Part shown: in pieces, positions 1-8,418 of the stretch | Numbering within the stretch: the stretch's first letter is position 1 | Layout of the letters: each line of letters begins with the position of its first letter | Notes under the pieces: model-generated | The model's input: only the letters and a program-made list of their open reading frames with translations | Database searches by the model: none | Told to the model about the DNA's origin: nothing | Translations under genes and position numbers: made by a program | From: Candidatus Thorarchaeota archaeon | GTDB lineage: Archaea; Asgardarchaeota; Thorarchaeia; Thorarchaeales; Thorarchaeaceae | DNA length: 25,232 bases | Assembly (NCBI GenBank): GCA_048884965.1 | Contig: JBHLQH010000039.1 | Location: 1 to 25,232, forward strand | Direction of reading: 5' to 3'

Positions 1-190
1 CCTCTAGTTCGTTTGTCTCAGTTTGCTGAAGTACGACTGCCTTCTATTATGATGCAAAACAAGGTGCCTGAGAGGTATACAGGTTTCCTCATCTTGAATC
101 ACTGAAACGCAACTTCCAAAGGAGCTTTCTTAAATATAACATTTGCAGTCAAAGCGATGCAAATATGATTGGACCAAAGGCTGAATTCAT

Positions 191-691
191 CTATTGGCTA
201 GGGTTCTTCTTTCTGAGATTCATAAAACGGGGACCGTACTTTGCAAATATTGCGATCGCAACAAGAACAACGACACCAATTGTGATCAGATTAGTTTGTC
301 CTTCACTGAAGAATATGAAGTCCCTACTTGTAGAATACTCATAACCAGTATCATCCACTCCTATGAGAGTGATATTGACAGAACCCGCCTCGTAATTACT
401 TGTCATGAATTGCCAGGTAATTGTGTTTCCTTCAGCAAAATGAACCTGTTCATCATTGAAGAAGACAGTGATATTCTCTACCGTATCTGGCGCACTACCT
501 CTTAAGGTAAAAGTCCCTGAAACATAGTTACCAAATGCTGTTCCGAAGTTGCGGTCAAGGGAGAAGGAAATATCATCCTGTGCTCGGACTAGTGTTTGAG
601 TACCTGATACGATACCTAAAGCTAGTACTGCTAGTCCCATAATTGCAATTAAATGAAGTTTCTTGCTATGCATTTCAACTACCTTTGTCAT
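191..691 (-). CDS. Secreted, C-terminally membrane-anchored protein with a small beta-rich (Ig-like) extracellular domain
   Basis: N-terminal basic plus hydrophobic signal (KKLHLIAIMGLAVLALG...VRAQD). Beta-strand-like core (GTFTLRG, NITVFFN, NITLIGVD) with N-x-T sequons. C-terminal TM helix followed by a basic tail. Start could be 673. Confidence 0.7.
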   Translation of the reverse strand: MTKVVEMHSKKLHLIAIMGLAVLALGIVSGTQTLVRAQDDISFSLDRNFGTAFGNYVSGTFTLRGSAPDTVENITVFFNDEQVHFAEGNTITWQFMTSNYEAGSVNITLIGVDDTGYEYSTSRDFIFFSEGQTNLITIGVVVLVAIAIFAKYGPRFMNLRKKNPSQ

Positions 692-806
692 TAGAATCCT
701 GAACCTCTATTAATCCTTCTTTGCAATAATACTTGATAATGGAGTTTCTATGGCCTATGTTCTTTTATCTGGCTTTGACATAAATGTGAACCTGCAGGTG
801 TGGTTC

Positions 807-1631
807 ATGAAAGGTTTACATGGCGAGAACCGAATCGAATCGTTCAAACGAATTGCTGATGAGATGGTCAAGAGCATCTCGCATTTCGGATCCGTTGAAG
901 GTATTCTTTACATTGGAGGATTGACTCGGGATTTTGCAGACAAGTACTCAGACCTTGACATGGTCGTCCTCTTCAACAATGACGATCCCTTTGCCAAGGA
1001 CTTTCTTACATCCTTAGCGGCACAACACGAGGACCGTTCAGGATTGGAGATTGATGTTGAGATATATTTCCTAGAGGACTATATTGCTAGAGAATGGAAC
1101 GAATATACAAGATGGGATCTATCGCATGCGATTTATGTCTTTGATAGACAAGGCGAGGTAAAGAAGCAATTTGAGAATAAGCTTAGATTGGATGATGTAG
1201 ATTGGAGAAGACGTCTTGCCCATCCTCTGGTATATCTATCCTGGTACTGCTGTCCTACTGAAGACTATATCCCTTCAATGATCGATTTATGGAATGATAG
1301 AGGACATTTGATCTCTGCGCAGTATTCAGTTAATTATAGCATCGATCTGATTCTAGAAACGGTCTATGCGTTAAACCGATCCTATCTACCTGCTCCAAAA
1401 TGGCGGCTATATTATACCCACGAGTTAGAATGGCTACCTCCTGATTTCGAAGCTTCAATTTCTGAAGCAATGCTTCTCAAAGAGATGACTGAAGAAGATA
1501 CCAAAAGAAGGGCCACTCACATTTCAAGACTCAACCAAGAGATAAGCCTTCAAGCAGAAAAAGTGTTCGGACTTGATAGGGATACAATAAGGAAGATCTA
1601 CATTGCTGATGTGTATGGCATCAAAAGTTGA
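807..1631 (+). CDS. Pol-beta-superfamily nucleotidyltransferase with C-terminal helical domain (DUF4037-like)
   Basis: hGG-x9-DxD motif (YIGGLTRDFADKYSDLDMVV), third acidic strand (EIDVE), C-terminal 'YALNRSYLPAPKW' motif. ATG 807 preferred over 750 because CATAAATG lies at ~779-786. Confidence 0.75.
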   Translation: MKGLHGENRIESFKRIADEMVKSISHFGSVEGILYIGGLTRDFADKYSDLDMVVLFNNDDPFAKDFLTSLAAQHEDRSGLEIDVEIYFLEDYIAREWNEYTRWDLSHAIYVFDRQGEVKKQFENKLRLDDVDWRRRLAHPLVYLSWYCCPTEDYIPSMIDLWNDRGHLISAQYSVNYSIDLILETVYALNRSYLPAPKWRLYYTHELEWLPPDFEASISEAMLLKEMTEEDTKRRATHISRLNQEISLQAEKVFGLDRDTIRKIYIADVYGIKS

Positions 1632-1718
1632 TTCTAATCATGCGACTGTCTAAACGGATAGGTCTGTCACAGAGAAGCCATTAAAAGGAATGGAGCATAT
1701 ACACAGGTTTTGGTGTTT

Positions 1719-2369
1719 ATGATGGGAGACGAGAAGAATCAAAAACCAATGATTGTATTGACACAATACAGTCCATTCTACCTTGTCGGTTCGCCACCGA
1801 TGACGAATTCAAAAGGGAACTCTATTGAGCTAAGCAATGTTACGGCTCTTTGCAGATGCGGCAAGTCAGGGGATAAACCATATTGTGATGGGACCCACAA
1901 TAAAATTGATTTCGTAGGTTCGAAGGATGATGACCGTAGACCCGATAAGGTGGTCGAGTTCAAAGGAAAGGACGTTACAATCTATGATAATCGTGGAGTC
2001 TGCTCTGCAGATGGTGCGTGCGTTCGTGAATGCCCAGAAGTCTTTCAGAAGGACAAGAAACCAAATTGGATATTTCCAGATAAAGCAAGTGTCAAGAGGA
2101 TTGTTGAAACCATTGAACATTGCCCAAGTGGTGCCTTAAGCTATAGAATCGGATCTGAACGAGTACAAGACCTACCTCGAAAGCCTGCCATAAAGATAGC
2201 TAAGAATGGACCCTTGGAATTAGTAGGATACATAGACCTCATGGATGATATGGGCTCAAAACCAGAAAGCAGGGAACATTACACACTCTGTCGATGCGGA
2301 GCCTCAAAGAACAAGCCATTCTGTGACAATTCGCATAAGAAAGTGGATTTCAAAGACGATAAGAACTAA
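1719..2369 (+). CDS. CDGSH iron-sulfur protein: CDGSH - monocluster ferredoxin (Fer4_19-like) - CDGSH
   Basis: Two CxCxxSxxxPxCDxxH motifs (CRCGKSGDKPYCDGTH and CRCGASKNKPFCDNSH) flank CSADGACVRECPEVF...CPSGAL. Confidence 0.9.
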   Translation: MMGDEKNQKPMIVLTQYSPFYLVGSPPMTNSKGNSIELSNVTALCRCGKSGDKPYCDGTHNKIDFVGSKDDDRRPDKVVEFKGKDVTIYDNRGVCSADGACVRECPEVFQKDKKPNWIFPDKASVKRIVETIEHCPSGALSYRIGSERVQDLPRKPAIKIAKNGPLELVGYIDLMDDMGSKPESREHYTLCRCGASKNKPFCDNSHKKVDFKDDKN

Positions 2370-2379
2370 CATAGCTCTT

Positions 2380-2413
2380 TTGGGTGTTTTCACACACCCA
2401 ATTCCCTTTTTTT
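2380..2413 (+). terminator. Hairpin plus T-tract terminator after the CDGSH gene
   Basis: TTGGGTGT (2380-2387) pairs with ACACCCAA (2394-2401), 6-nt loop, followed by T7 at 2407-2413 in a pyrimidine-rich stretch. Confidence 0.65.
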
Positions 2414-2468
2414 CCTTCTTTATTTGTCAGCAGAAAGTTATTAGATAGGAAATCACACTAGTTTGGAT

Positions 2469-2702
2469 ATGCCTGAAGATTGGGAACACCTAGATGTCAT
2501 TCGGGTTATTGAGGATGGCCCGAAAAGGAAACTCTGTGCAATCAGGATATACAAGAAGGCAGACAGTACACCCCGCCCAATTATTGAAATACCTGAGAAA
2601 GAGCAAGTGTACTTTCCATATGACATCATCAAATGCTTTGATAATGTCAAGGATGCTCACGACTATGCTGAGGAACATGGAATATCGCATGTAGAATACT
2701 AA
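2469..2702 (+). CDS. Small hypothetical protein (77 aa)
   Basis: Fills the gap between the terminator and the next gene with protein-like composition. ATG 2469 preferred over TTG 2463. Confidence 0.65.
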   Translation: MPEDWEHLDVIRVIEDGPKRKLCAIRIYKKADSTPRPIIEIPEKEQVYFPYDIIKCFDNVKDAHDYAEEHGISHVEY

Positions 2703-2795
2703 TTGGTTAGAAAGGTTAACCCTCTATACTCATCGAATCAATGCAACTATGGATTTTGAATCCTGCAAGAAAGCAATGATTTGATTCTCTAGGTC

Positions 2796-2820
2796 TTTAT
2801 TTACAATCTATGTATACATA
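2796..2820 (+). promoter_or_regulatory. TATA-like box plus 12-bp palindrome upstream of the 2826 gene
   Basis: TTTATTTA at 2796-2803, ~25 nt upstream of ATG 2826. Perfect palindrome TATGTATACATA at 2809-2820. Confidence 0.4.
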
Positions 2821-2825
2821 TTACT

Positions 2826-3332
2826 ATGAGGAAGAGCCATCCAGTCCAAACGAGATTAGTCGATTTTGAGGAGCGTCCCTCGAAAGAGTCCTCTAGTGAT
2901 GATTCGAATCATTCCTCTGAGCGAGTAAAGAGGCCTCCTGCAAGATTGTGGGGAAAGACGATTTCCGGAGGGGAGATCTGGGGTGTCTTTGAGGTCGATG
3001 ATACGGTCCTTTTCGTTCAGATTATTAATGACAGGATACATGCACATGGTCGAGAAGCGGTCTGCAAGTATTGCGGTGGGGCTCTGGAAATTCGTGACAC
3101 TCAGGTCTTTTGTGAGGGCGATTGCGGTGTATATCAGGGAAACTTCTCGTACGATCTCAATGCCTATCTTCAATGGGATGGAGCAAAGTCACTCACTCTA
3201 CGAAAGGAGATTGCAGAAACTGAAGGATTGACCTTGGAAGATCGAGACCTCGAATCCATTTCTTATGCTCCTCTATGGTCACAACTCTATGATTATGAAG
3301 AGTATGATGATTCAGATCTAGAAATGGAGTAG
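2826..3332 (+). CDS. Hypothetical protein with a putative C4 zinc ribbon and acidic tail
   Basis: CKYC-x12-CEGDC; disordered N-terminus; acidic C-terminus YDYEEYDDSDLEME. Confidence 0.7.
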   Translation: MRKSHPVQTRLVDFEERPSKESSSDDSNHSSERVKRPPARLWGKTISGGEIWGVFEVDDTVLFVQIINDRIHAHGREAVCKYCGGALEIRDTQVFCEGDCGVYQGNFSYDLNAYLQWDGAKSLTLRKEIAETEGLTLEDRDLESISYAPLWSQLYDYEEYDDSDLEME

Positions 3333-3348
3333 GCACTCCATAGAATGC

Positions 3349-3681
3349 CTACTGTCCGAAGTGAACCCTTACATTTGGTGAATAGAGATAGATTATTGTC
3401 ACTATGCACAAGAGGGCTCCAGATATTCCAATAAAGATATCACCCAATAGGTAAAGAGCAATTCCCACAAAGTTCAGAATAATTCCGAATTGCCAAGCTT
3501 GTGGATTTAGCTTCCTTATTTCCATGAAGACCCAGATACCTACAACGGAAACGACCAGTCCCAGACCTGCAGTCCAATCTCCATTTATATCAAACATGAT
3601 TGCACTTACAATTATACCTGTGAAAATATCTGCAAGTATAATGTAACTAGCGATTGTAACCTCTTTTGGTATGTCAGGCAT
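3349..3681 (-). CDS. Small 4-TM membrane protein
   Basis: Four hydrophobic segments ending in 'YLYSPNVRVHF'. Start moved to ATG 3681 (MPDIPKEV) to avoid overlapping the GNAT gene. Confidence 0.7.
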   Translation of the reverse strand: MPDIPKEVTIASYIILADIFTGIIVSAIMFDINGDWTAGLGLVVSVVGIWVFMEIRKLNPQAWQFGIILNFVGIALYLLGDIFIGISGALLCIVTIIYLYSPNVRVHFGQ

Positions 3682-3742
3682 GATAACCACTAAATTGCTG
3701 AGATAACTCAGATTGCATATTACCTTTTGCAATTCGTGAAAT

Positions 3743-4615
3743 TCAAAGCATCTTTGATAATAGGACAAATCTTCTATCAGAGTACTCGTCAGGAACAAGC
3801 ATTAGCATGGATGACCACTCCTTGGCATTTGGGCCTAGGAAGAACACCATTCGTGTTGTACCTTCAGTTTCCGACTCCTCAATCAATCGGGAAATGGTAT
3901 CAACAAATGTACTCCTTTCTCTAGTGAAGATCGAATAGGTTGTCATGCGTTCTCCTTTTCGCTCGAAGATCCTCCTGTAATAGAGTGTAAGTACTTCGCC
4001 AGTCTCATCTATAATAAGAAAGAACTCACCTTTCTTCTGAATGCGCTCTAAACCTTCTAGGTCCTTGTTCTCGAATTCCCAAGAGATTGGAAATGTTGAT
4101 GTACCGACCAAGTCAGGGTGTCTATCTAGTACCTCGGTAACTCGTCTTGCATCCACCTTTAGAGGAATGAATGCAGGACTTGGTTTTGGTCTTGGGGGAT
4201 ATGGTGCTTCCAGTCTGAAATAACCAACTTCATCTCTCAGTTCAAATCCTACTTTTTTTGCCAGTCCAATGGATGACTCATTTCTGGAGCTAGTTGCATA
4301 TCTCACCTCGCGAATCTTCTTCTCTTTGGCAAGATCAAGAGTTCTTTGAACAACCAATGTTCCATAGCCTTGATGGTGATATTTTGCATGGGTCCTAAGA
4401 GCCTTTACCCATGCGTAATTCGCTTCTGGTTCAATATGGAGTGTTGCAAAGGATGCGAGTTCTCCATTATGGAATGCCCCGATAGGATGCCAGTATTCAT
4501 TCTCAAGCCACCCTATGAAATCCGTAGGAGCATAGTCGTCCTCCCACACACTTTGAGAGACCTTTGTGACCTCATCCAGGTCATCCTTAGTCAGGTTTCG
4601 AACTGTAGCTGACAT
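3743..4615 (-). CDS. GNAT-family N-acetyltransferase with C-terminal extension
   Basis: Acetyl-CoA motif A 'LRTHAKYHHQGYGT' and motif B 'NESSIGLAKKVGF'. Confidence 0.88.
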   Translation of the reverse strand: MSATVRNLTKDDLDEVTKVSQSVWEDDYAPTDFIGWLENEYWHPIGAFHNGELASFATLHIEPEANYAWVKALRTHAKYHHQGYGTLVVQRTLDLAKEKKIREVRYATSSRNESSIGLAKKVGFELRDEVGYFRLEAPYPPRPKPSPAFIPLKVDARRVTEVLDRHPDLVGTSTFPISWEFENKDLEGLERIQKKGEFFLIIDETGEVLTLYYRRIFERKGERMTTYSIFTRERSTFVDTISRLIEESETEGTTRMVFFLGPNAKEWSSMLMLVPDEYSDRRFVLLSKML

Positions 4616-4659
4616 AGGCCATGGTGAAAATTCATCTCTTTAAGAAGAATGTGAATTGA

Positions 4660-5505
4660 CTATCTTCTCTGGAACACAAGGCAGTAATGATGGTGAACGT
4701 TAGAAACATATGTAGTTGGGTATCCCCAGCAACCCAAGCGTTTGTTATCTTGGCACCAGATCATTTCCTGCTTTAGTGAGTATGTCTGTGAGAATCTTTT
4801 TGCGAGATCCCATGCAATAGGTTTCATTTCTCCATCTATATCTCGCATGTTCTGAACTACGACAACAAGATAGGCACTAGGTTTTAGAAGTTCTTCAACT
4901 CTATCAAATATCTTCCCAAGTGATTCAATATATTCTTCATATTCATCGATGTTTCCAATGTCAAGCTCTAAATCACTATAGTATATGTTGAGTCCTGCAG
5001 CTTCTCTTTCTTTGTGAACTGAGTCGTTTCCACCTCTGGATTTGCGAAGCATATTCCAATATGGTGGTGAAGTCATAAGAAAATCAAAGGAAGGTGATTG
5101 TTTTCCGAACAGACTATGGATGTATTCAGTTGCTTGATAGGCATCGCCTTGGACGAGTTGCGTAGTTCCTCTCCCCTTTACACTTTGAAGGTGCCTATTT
5201 CCAATCTCAACAAATTCCGGATTCAATTCAATTCCGACAGCATTTCTTCCTGTTTCCTTGCATGCGATTAATGTACTCCCTACACCTGCAAAGGGATCTA
5301 AGACCCATGAACCCTCCTTTGTGAAAAACTGTAGAAAGTGGGCAACAAGTTCTTCAGGGTATTTTGCAGGATGTTCAATTTGACTTCTCGTTCTTGGTTT
5401 GGGATTGATAACAAACCATGATTTTGTTGCTTTAACCCACTCCTTCCCACTAAGATCATTCAACGTAGGTCTATCAGAGTTCTTCTTGGACACATTCACC
5501 AACAA
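4660..5505 (-). CDS. Orphan amino-methyltransferase (N4-C/N6-A DNA MTase, SPPY type) with permuted motif order
   Basis: Motif X HPAKYP, motif I VLDPFAGVGST, motif II GIELN, then motif IV TSPPY and motif VI LLKPSAYLVVVV. No nuclease gene adjacent. Confidence 0.85.
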   Translation of the reverse strand: MLVNVSKKNSDRPTLNDLSGKEWVKATKSWFVINPKPRTRSQIEHPAKYPEELVAHFLQFFTKEGSWVLDPFAGVGSTLIACKETGRNAVGIELNPEFVEIGNRHLQSVKGRGTTQLVQGDAYQATEYIHSLFGKQSPSFDFLMTSPPYWNMLRKSRGGNDSVHKEREAAGLNIYYSDLELDIGNIDEYEEYIESLGKIFDRVEELLKPSAYLVVVVQNMRDIDGEMKPIAWDLAKRFSQTYSLKQEMIWCQDNKRLGCWGYPTTYVSNVHHHYCLVFQRR

Positions 5506-5548
5506 ATCTCAAGGAGTTGAACATCATCATAAATGTACCCCATTCGCT

Positions 5549-7165
5549 TCATCTATCCATGATGACATCAAGAGCAATATTGTCAGCGTGATCGCTGATT
5601 CGCTCAAGATTTCTGAGGGTTTCGATGAAAACGGTGTCTGCCTCGGCTTGACAAATGCCCTGAGCCATCCGTCTGTTGTGTGATTCTCGTAGCTCTCGCT
5701 CGATAGCATCAACCTCATCTTCCATCTGCTCTGCATCTCTTGCAAGAATCTTATTCTTAGTCTTGAATGCTTTGATGGATACTTCATAGGTGTCAGCTAC
5801 TAGATGGAACATAGCACGTATGTCATGAACTCCTTGTTCTGAAAACATGATGCCATTTTGCATTCTTTCTAGAGCAAATTCACTGATATTCTCGCAAAGA
5901 TCTCCGACACGTTCAATGTCTGTTAGCATTGCAAGCATTTTCATACGCCAGAGCTTGTCCCTTTCACTAAGTTCCTCTTCACGTATCTTGTCGATGAACT
6001 CCTCTGTTGACCTACAACGTTCGTCAACATCATCCTCAAGAAGCATTATCCTTCGTGCATTCTCCAGATTCTTGTCTAGCAATGCGCTCTCGCTGAGATT
6101 GAGCATCTCAATAGTAGTTTCAGCAATTCGATGCATCTCCTTCTCTGCCTCGTGAAGAGCAACTTGGGGGAAGTGAAGCATCTGGTCGTCATAGAAATGC
6201 CGTCCGATGATTTCACCTTCCTTATCTGGAATTAACCACTCACAGAATCTAACCAAGAGGCCTACTAGAGGAATGAACATCAAGCTGACAACCACGTTGA
6301 AGATGGTATGAGCATTTGCAATCTGACGCGGGATATCCGTAGCAGTGAGGGCTATCAGATCGGAGAATGGTCCGATGAACGGAAAGAAAACTGTTACGCC
6401 CACTATGTTAATCATCGTTTGCGCTATTGCTGTCCTTTTTGCCGGTGTGGATGCACCAATACCTGCAACCAATTCGAGAAAGCAAGTTCCAATATTTGCG
6501 CCCATTGCTAGTGCGATTCCCATTGGTAACCCAATCAGACCAGCACCTCCAAGTGCTATAACAAGACTGGTTGTCGCTGAACTACTTTGAGTGGTCCCTG
6601 CAATTGCAGTGCCGATCAAAATTCCCACGATCGGGAAGGCACTGTACTCATTAACTGCATCTACAAAGAAAGTATTCTCTGGATCATTGAGAATTGCCTT
6701 CGCTCCATCCTTCATGAACTCCATTGCAAGAAAGATTACACCAAGGCTGAAGATTACTCTGAATATATTCTTCCAGCTATCCTTTGGGGCGAACATCATG
6801 CCAAAGAATCCAATTGCTATCAAGGGCCAGTAGAGAAAACCCACATCAAACGATACAATCTGAGCCGTGATAGTGGTACCAATCTCCGAACCTAACATAA
6901 CATTGACTGATTGACGAAATGTCATCATTCCTGCATTCACAAAACCGATGAGTGTTAGGACCGTGATGCTTGAGGACTGAGTCATGAAGGTGGCTGCAGT
7001 TCCAGCACCCATCCCTCGTACTGGGTCATTGCTTACCTTCTCCAGAATTCTTGCCACCCTCGCTCCGGAAAGCTTACCTAGGGTCTCTCTCAAAAGTGTG
7101 ATCGAGTACATGAAAAGAGCGAGACCGCCAATAACAACTACCAGATTCTCTATGATGCTTGCCAT
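5549..7165 (-). CDS. nptA: Na+/Pi cotransporter (NptA/PNaS family) with C-terminal PhoU domains
   Basis: Two QSSS repeats (TQSSSIT, TQSSSAT) with GSEIGTT and GANIGT; 'IANAHTIFN'; PhoU motifs EDDVD/DIERVGD and EDEVD/NLERISDHADNIA. Confidence 0.93.
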   Translation of the reverse strand: MASIIENLVVVIGGLALFMYSITLLRETLGKLSGARVARILEKVSNDPVRGMGAGTAATFMTQSSSITVLTLIGFVNAGMMTFRQSVNVMLGSEIGTTITAQIVSFDVGFLYWPLIAIGFFGMMFAPKDSWKNIFRVIFSLGVIFLAMEFMKDGAKAILNDPENTFFVDAVNEYSAFPIVGILIGTAIAGTTQSSSATTSLVIALGGAGLIGLPMGIALAMGANIGTCFLELVAGIGASTPAKRTAIAQTMINIVGVTVFFPFIGPFSDLIALTATDIPRQIANAHTIFNVVVSLMFIPLVGLLVRFCEWLIPDKEGEIIGRHFYDDQMLHFPQVALHEAEKEMHRIAETTIEMLNLSESALLDKNLENARRIMLLEDDVDERCRSTEEFIDKIREEELSERDKLWRMKMLAMLTDIERVGDLCENISEFALERMQNGIMFSEQGVHDIRAMFHLVADTYEVSIKAFKTKNKILARDAEQMEDEVDAIERELRESHNRRMAQGICQAEADTVFIETLRNLERISDHADNIALDVIMDR

Positions 7166-7210
7166 TTGGAACGGGAGCTAACCCGAAATTACCCCCTTTT
7201 GAAGCTGGAG

Positions 7211-7234
7211 CATATGTAACATATGCTGCATATG
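7211..7234. promoter_or_regulatory. Triple CATATG repeat with 9-bp period upstream of nptA (candidate PHO box)
   Basis: CATATG at 7211, 7220 and 7229; also inverted repeat AGCATATG-taa-CATATGCT (7209-7227). Lies 46-69 nt upstream of the nptA ATG. Confidence 0.75.
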
Positions 7235-7256
7235 TTTCTAGTGCAGTGATTAGAAA

Positions 7257-8282
7257 CTAGGTTCTATTGAAGGCAAACTCAATTATCCTGTTCATAGCAA
7301 CCTCAGCAATATCCTCACAGTATGATGCAATGCGACTTAAATGCAAAATTAGTAGAGTTTCACTGGCCGATAAATCATCCGAGGAACTGCCAATCTTGTC
7401 GAGTTGTGCTGATACCGTTCTTGTCTGTGTATGACTTGAGAATGCTTTCTTAGCATTTTCATCCGTCTTAGATTCGGAGGATTTACTTCTATCAATCCTG
7501 AAGAAGATGCTGGTTGTTTCATTATAGGCATCAAGAAGTTTCTCACAAATCCTAATTAATTTCGAACGTATTCTTTCGATCTTCAGTAACTGCTCAATAG
7601 CAGAACAGATGTGATCCGCAATCCGTTCTATGTATTTCGCAGCCAGACTGAAATGGAGTGCATCGGGAGGACTAATCTCTATTCTTCTTGCATAGCCCGG
7701 ATTCTGAAGGGCTAGATGGCACAATCTTTCGACGAAATACCGATGTCTGTCCACATCCTCATCTCTATCAATGATCCTTCCAGCTTCCTGATGTTCGCCA
7801 GACTTCATCACATCAATTAGGCTAGTTAGCATATACTTCACTGTTGAGAACTGCCTTTTAAGAATCGGAAAGATGACCTGTTTCTCACTTGTATCGCTGA
7901 TTATGATGCTATTTCCCATTTCTTCTAAGATTTCAAAACCAGGAAGTCTTCTTACCCACTGGCTGATGTCCTCTCGAGTCTTTATATCCAAGTCTTCTGC
8001 AAACAGTAGCTCTAGCTCTCCAGCTCCTACGATATAGGATCCTATGAGTATCATAACAATGCTATCTATACTTGATTCATCAATTTCATACTTGACTCGT
8101 TGAGATGAATGAAACTCGAACTCAGGAGGAAATATCCTCAAAGTCCCTTCAAGTGTTTGCTCGATTTTGACCTCTGAATCCTTTGATAATTTGTAGGTAT
8201 CGCACCAAGTTCTGGGAAGATACACATAGAATGAGTTCCGAACTTGATTCAGCTTTCTGGTCATTGTTGAAGTAGTTTCCAT
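7257..8282 (-). CDS. phoU: Archaeal phosphate uptake regulator: AbrB/SpoVT DNA-binding domain plus PhoU domains
   Basis: N-terminal 'RKLNQVRNSFYVYLPRTW' (AbrB-like), 'LPGFEILEE', PhoU motifs DEDVDR, YIERIADH, RIASYCEDIAE. ATG 8282 preferred over GTG 8345. Confidence 0.88.
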   Translation of the reverse strand: METTSTMTRKLNQVRNSFYVYLPRTWCDTYKLSKDSEVKIEQTLEGTLRIFPPEFEFHSSQRVKYEIDESSIDSIVMILIGSYIVGAGELELLFAEDLDIKTREDISQWVRRLPGFEILEEMGNSIIISDTSEKQVIFPILKRQFSTVKYMLTSLIDVMKSGEHQEAGRIIDRDEDVDRHRYFVERLCHLALQNPGYARRIEISPPDALHFSLAAKYIERIADHICSAIEQLLKIERIRSKLIRICEKLLDAYNETTSIFFRIDRSKSSESKTDENAKKAFSSHTQTRTVSAQLDKIGSSSDDLSASETLLILHLSRIASYCEDIAEVAMNRIIEFAFNRT

Positions 8283-8295
8283 CTCTAGTCCCGAC

Positions 8296-8313
8296 TTGTA
8301 AATGTTGTAAATG
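8296..8313 (-). promoter_or_regulatory. 9-bp tandem repeat (CATTTACAA x2 on the minus strand) in the regulator's promoter region
   Basis: TTGTAAATG at 8296-8304 and 8305-8313, 14-31 nt upstream of ATG 8282. Same period and similar hexamer to the CATWTG boxes. Confidence 0.5.
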
Positions 8314-8418
8314 CAATAAAGAAGTTGTCTCTGAAATCGTTCCACATCAAGATTATGATTTCTTACTTTCCTATTGTTCTTGAATATTTACAAAGAGATT
8401 GTGCTTCTTGTAGCATTT

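Noticed and set aside
1-105. Open plus-strand frame PLVRLSQFAEVRLPSIMMQNKVPERYTGFLILNH*, possibly a gene end
   Set aside because: Only 34 codons with no recognisable motif; cannot be supported without the upstream sequence.
807-1631. Nucleotidyltransferase as a CBASS cyclase or MNT-HEPN antitoxin
   Set aside because: No adjacent effector, HEPN RNase or Cap genes, and the architecture fits DUF4037/KNTase-like enzymes better.
4701-4715. TAGAAACATATGTAG, 14/15 identical to the reverse complement of 7226-7240
   Set aside because: It lies inside the MTase coding sequence and has a single hexamer without 9-bp-spaced neighbours. Several isolated CATATG are expected by chance in 25 kb.
4660-5505. 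Restriction-modification or defence island
   Set aside because: No nuclease, specificity subunit, integrase or transposase nearby.
3349-7165. nptA-MTase-GNAT-membrane protein as one phosphate-regulated operon
   Set aside because: The ~44-nt gaps contain their own minus-strand TATA-like boxes (TTTATGAT ~5526-5533, CTTAAAGA ~4637-4644), so independent promoters are at least as likely.
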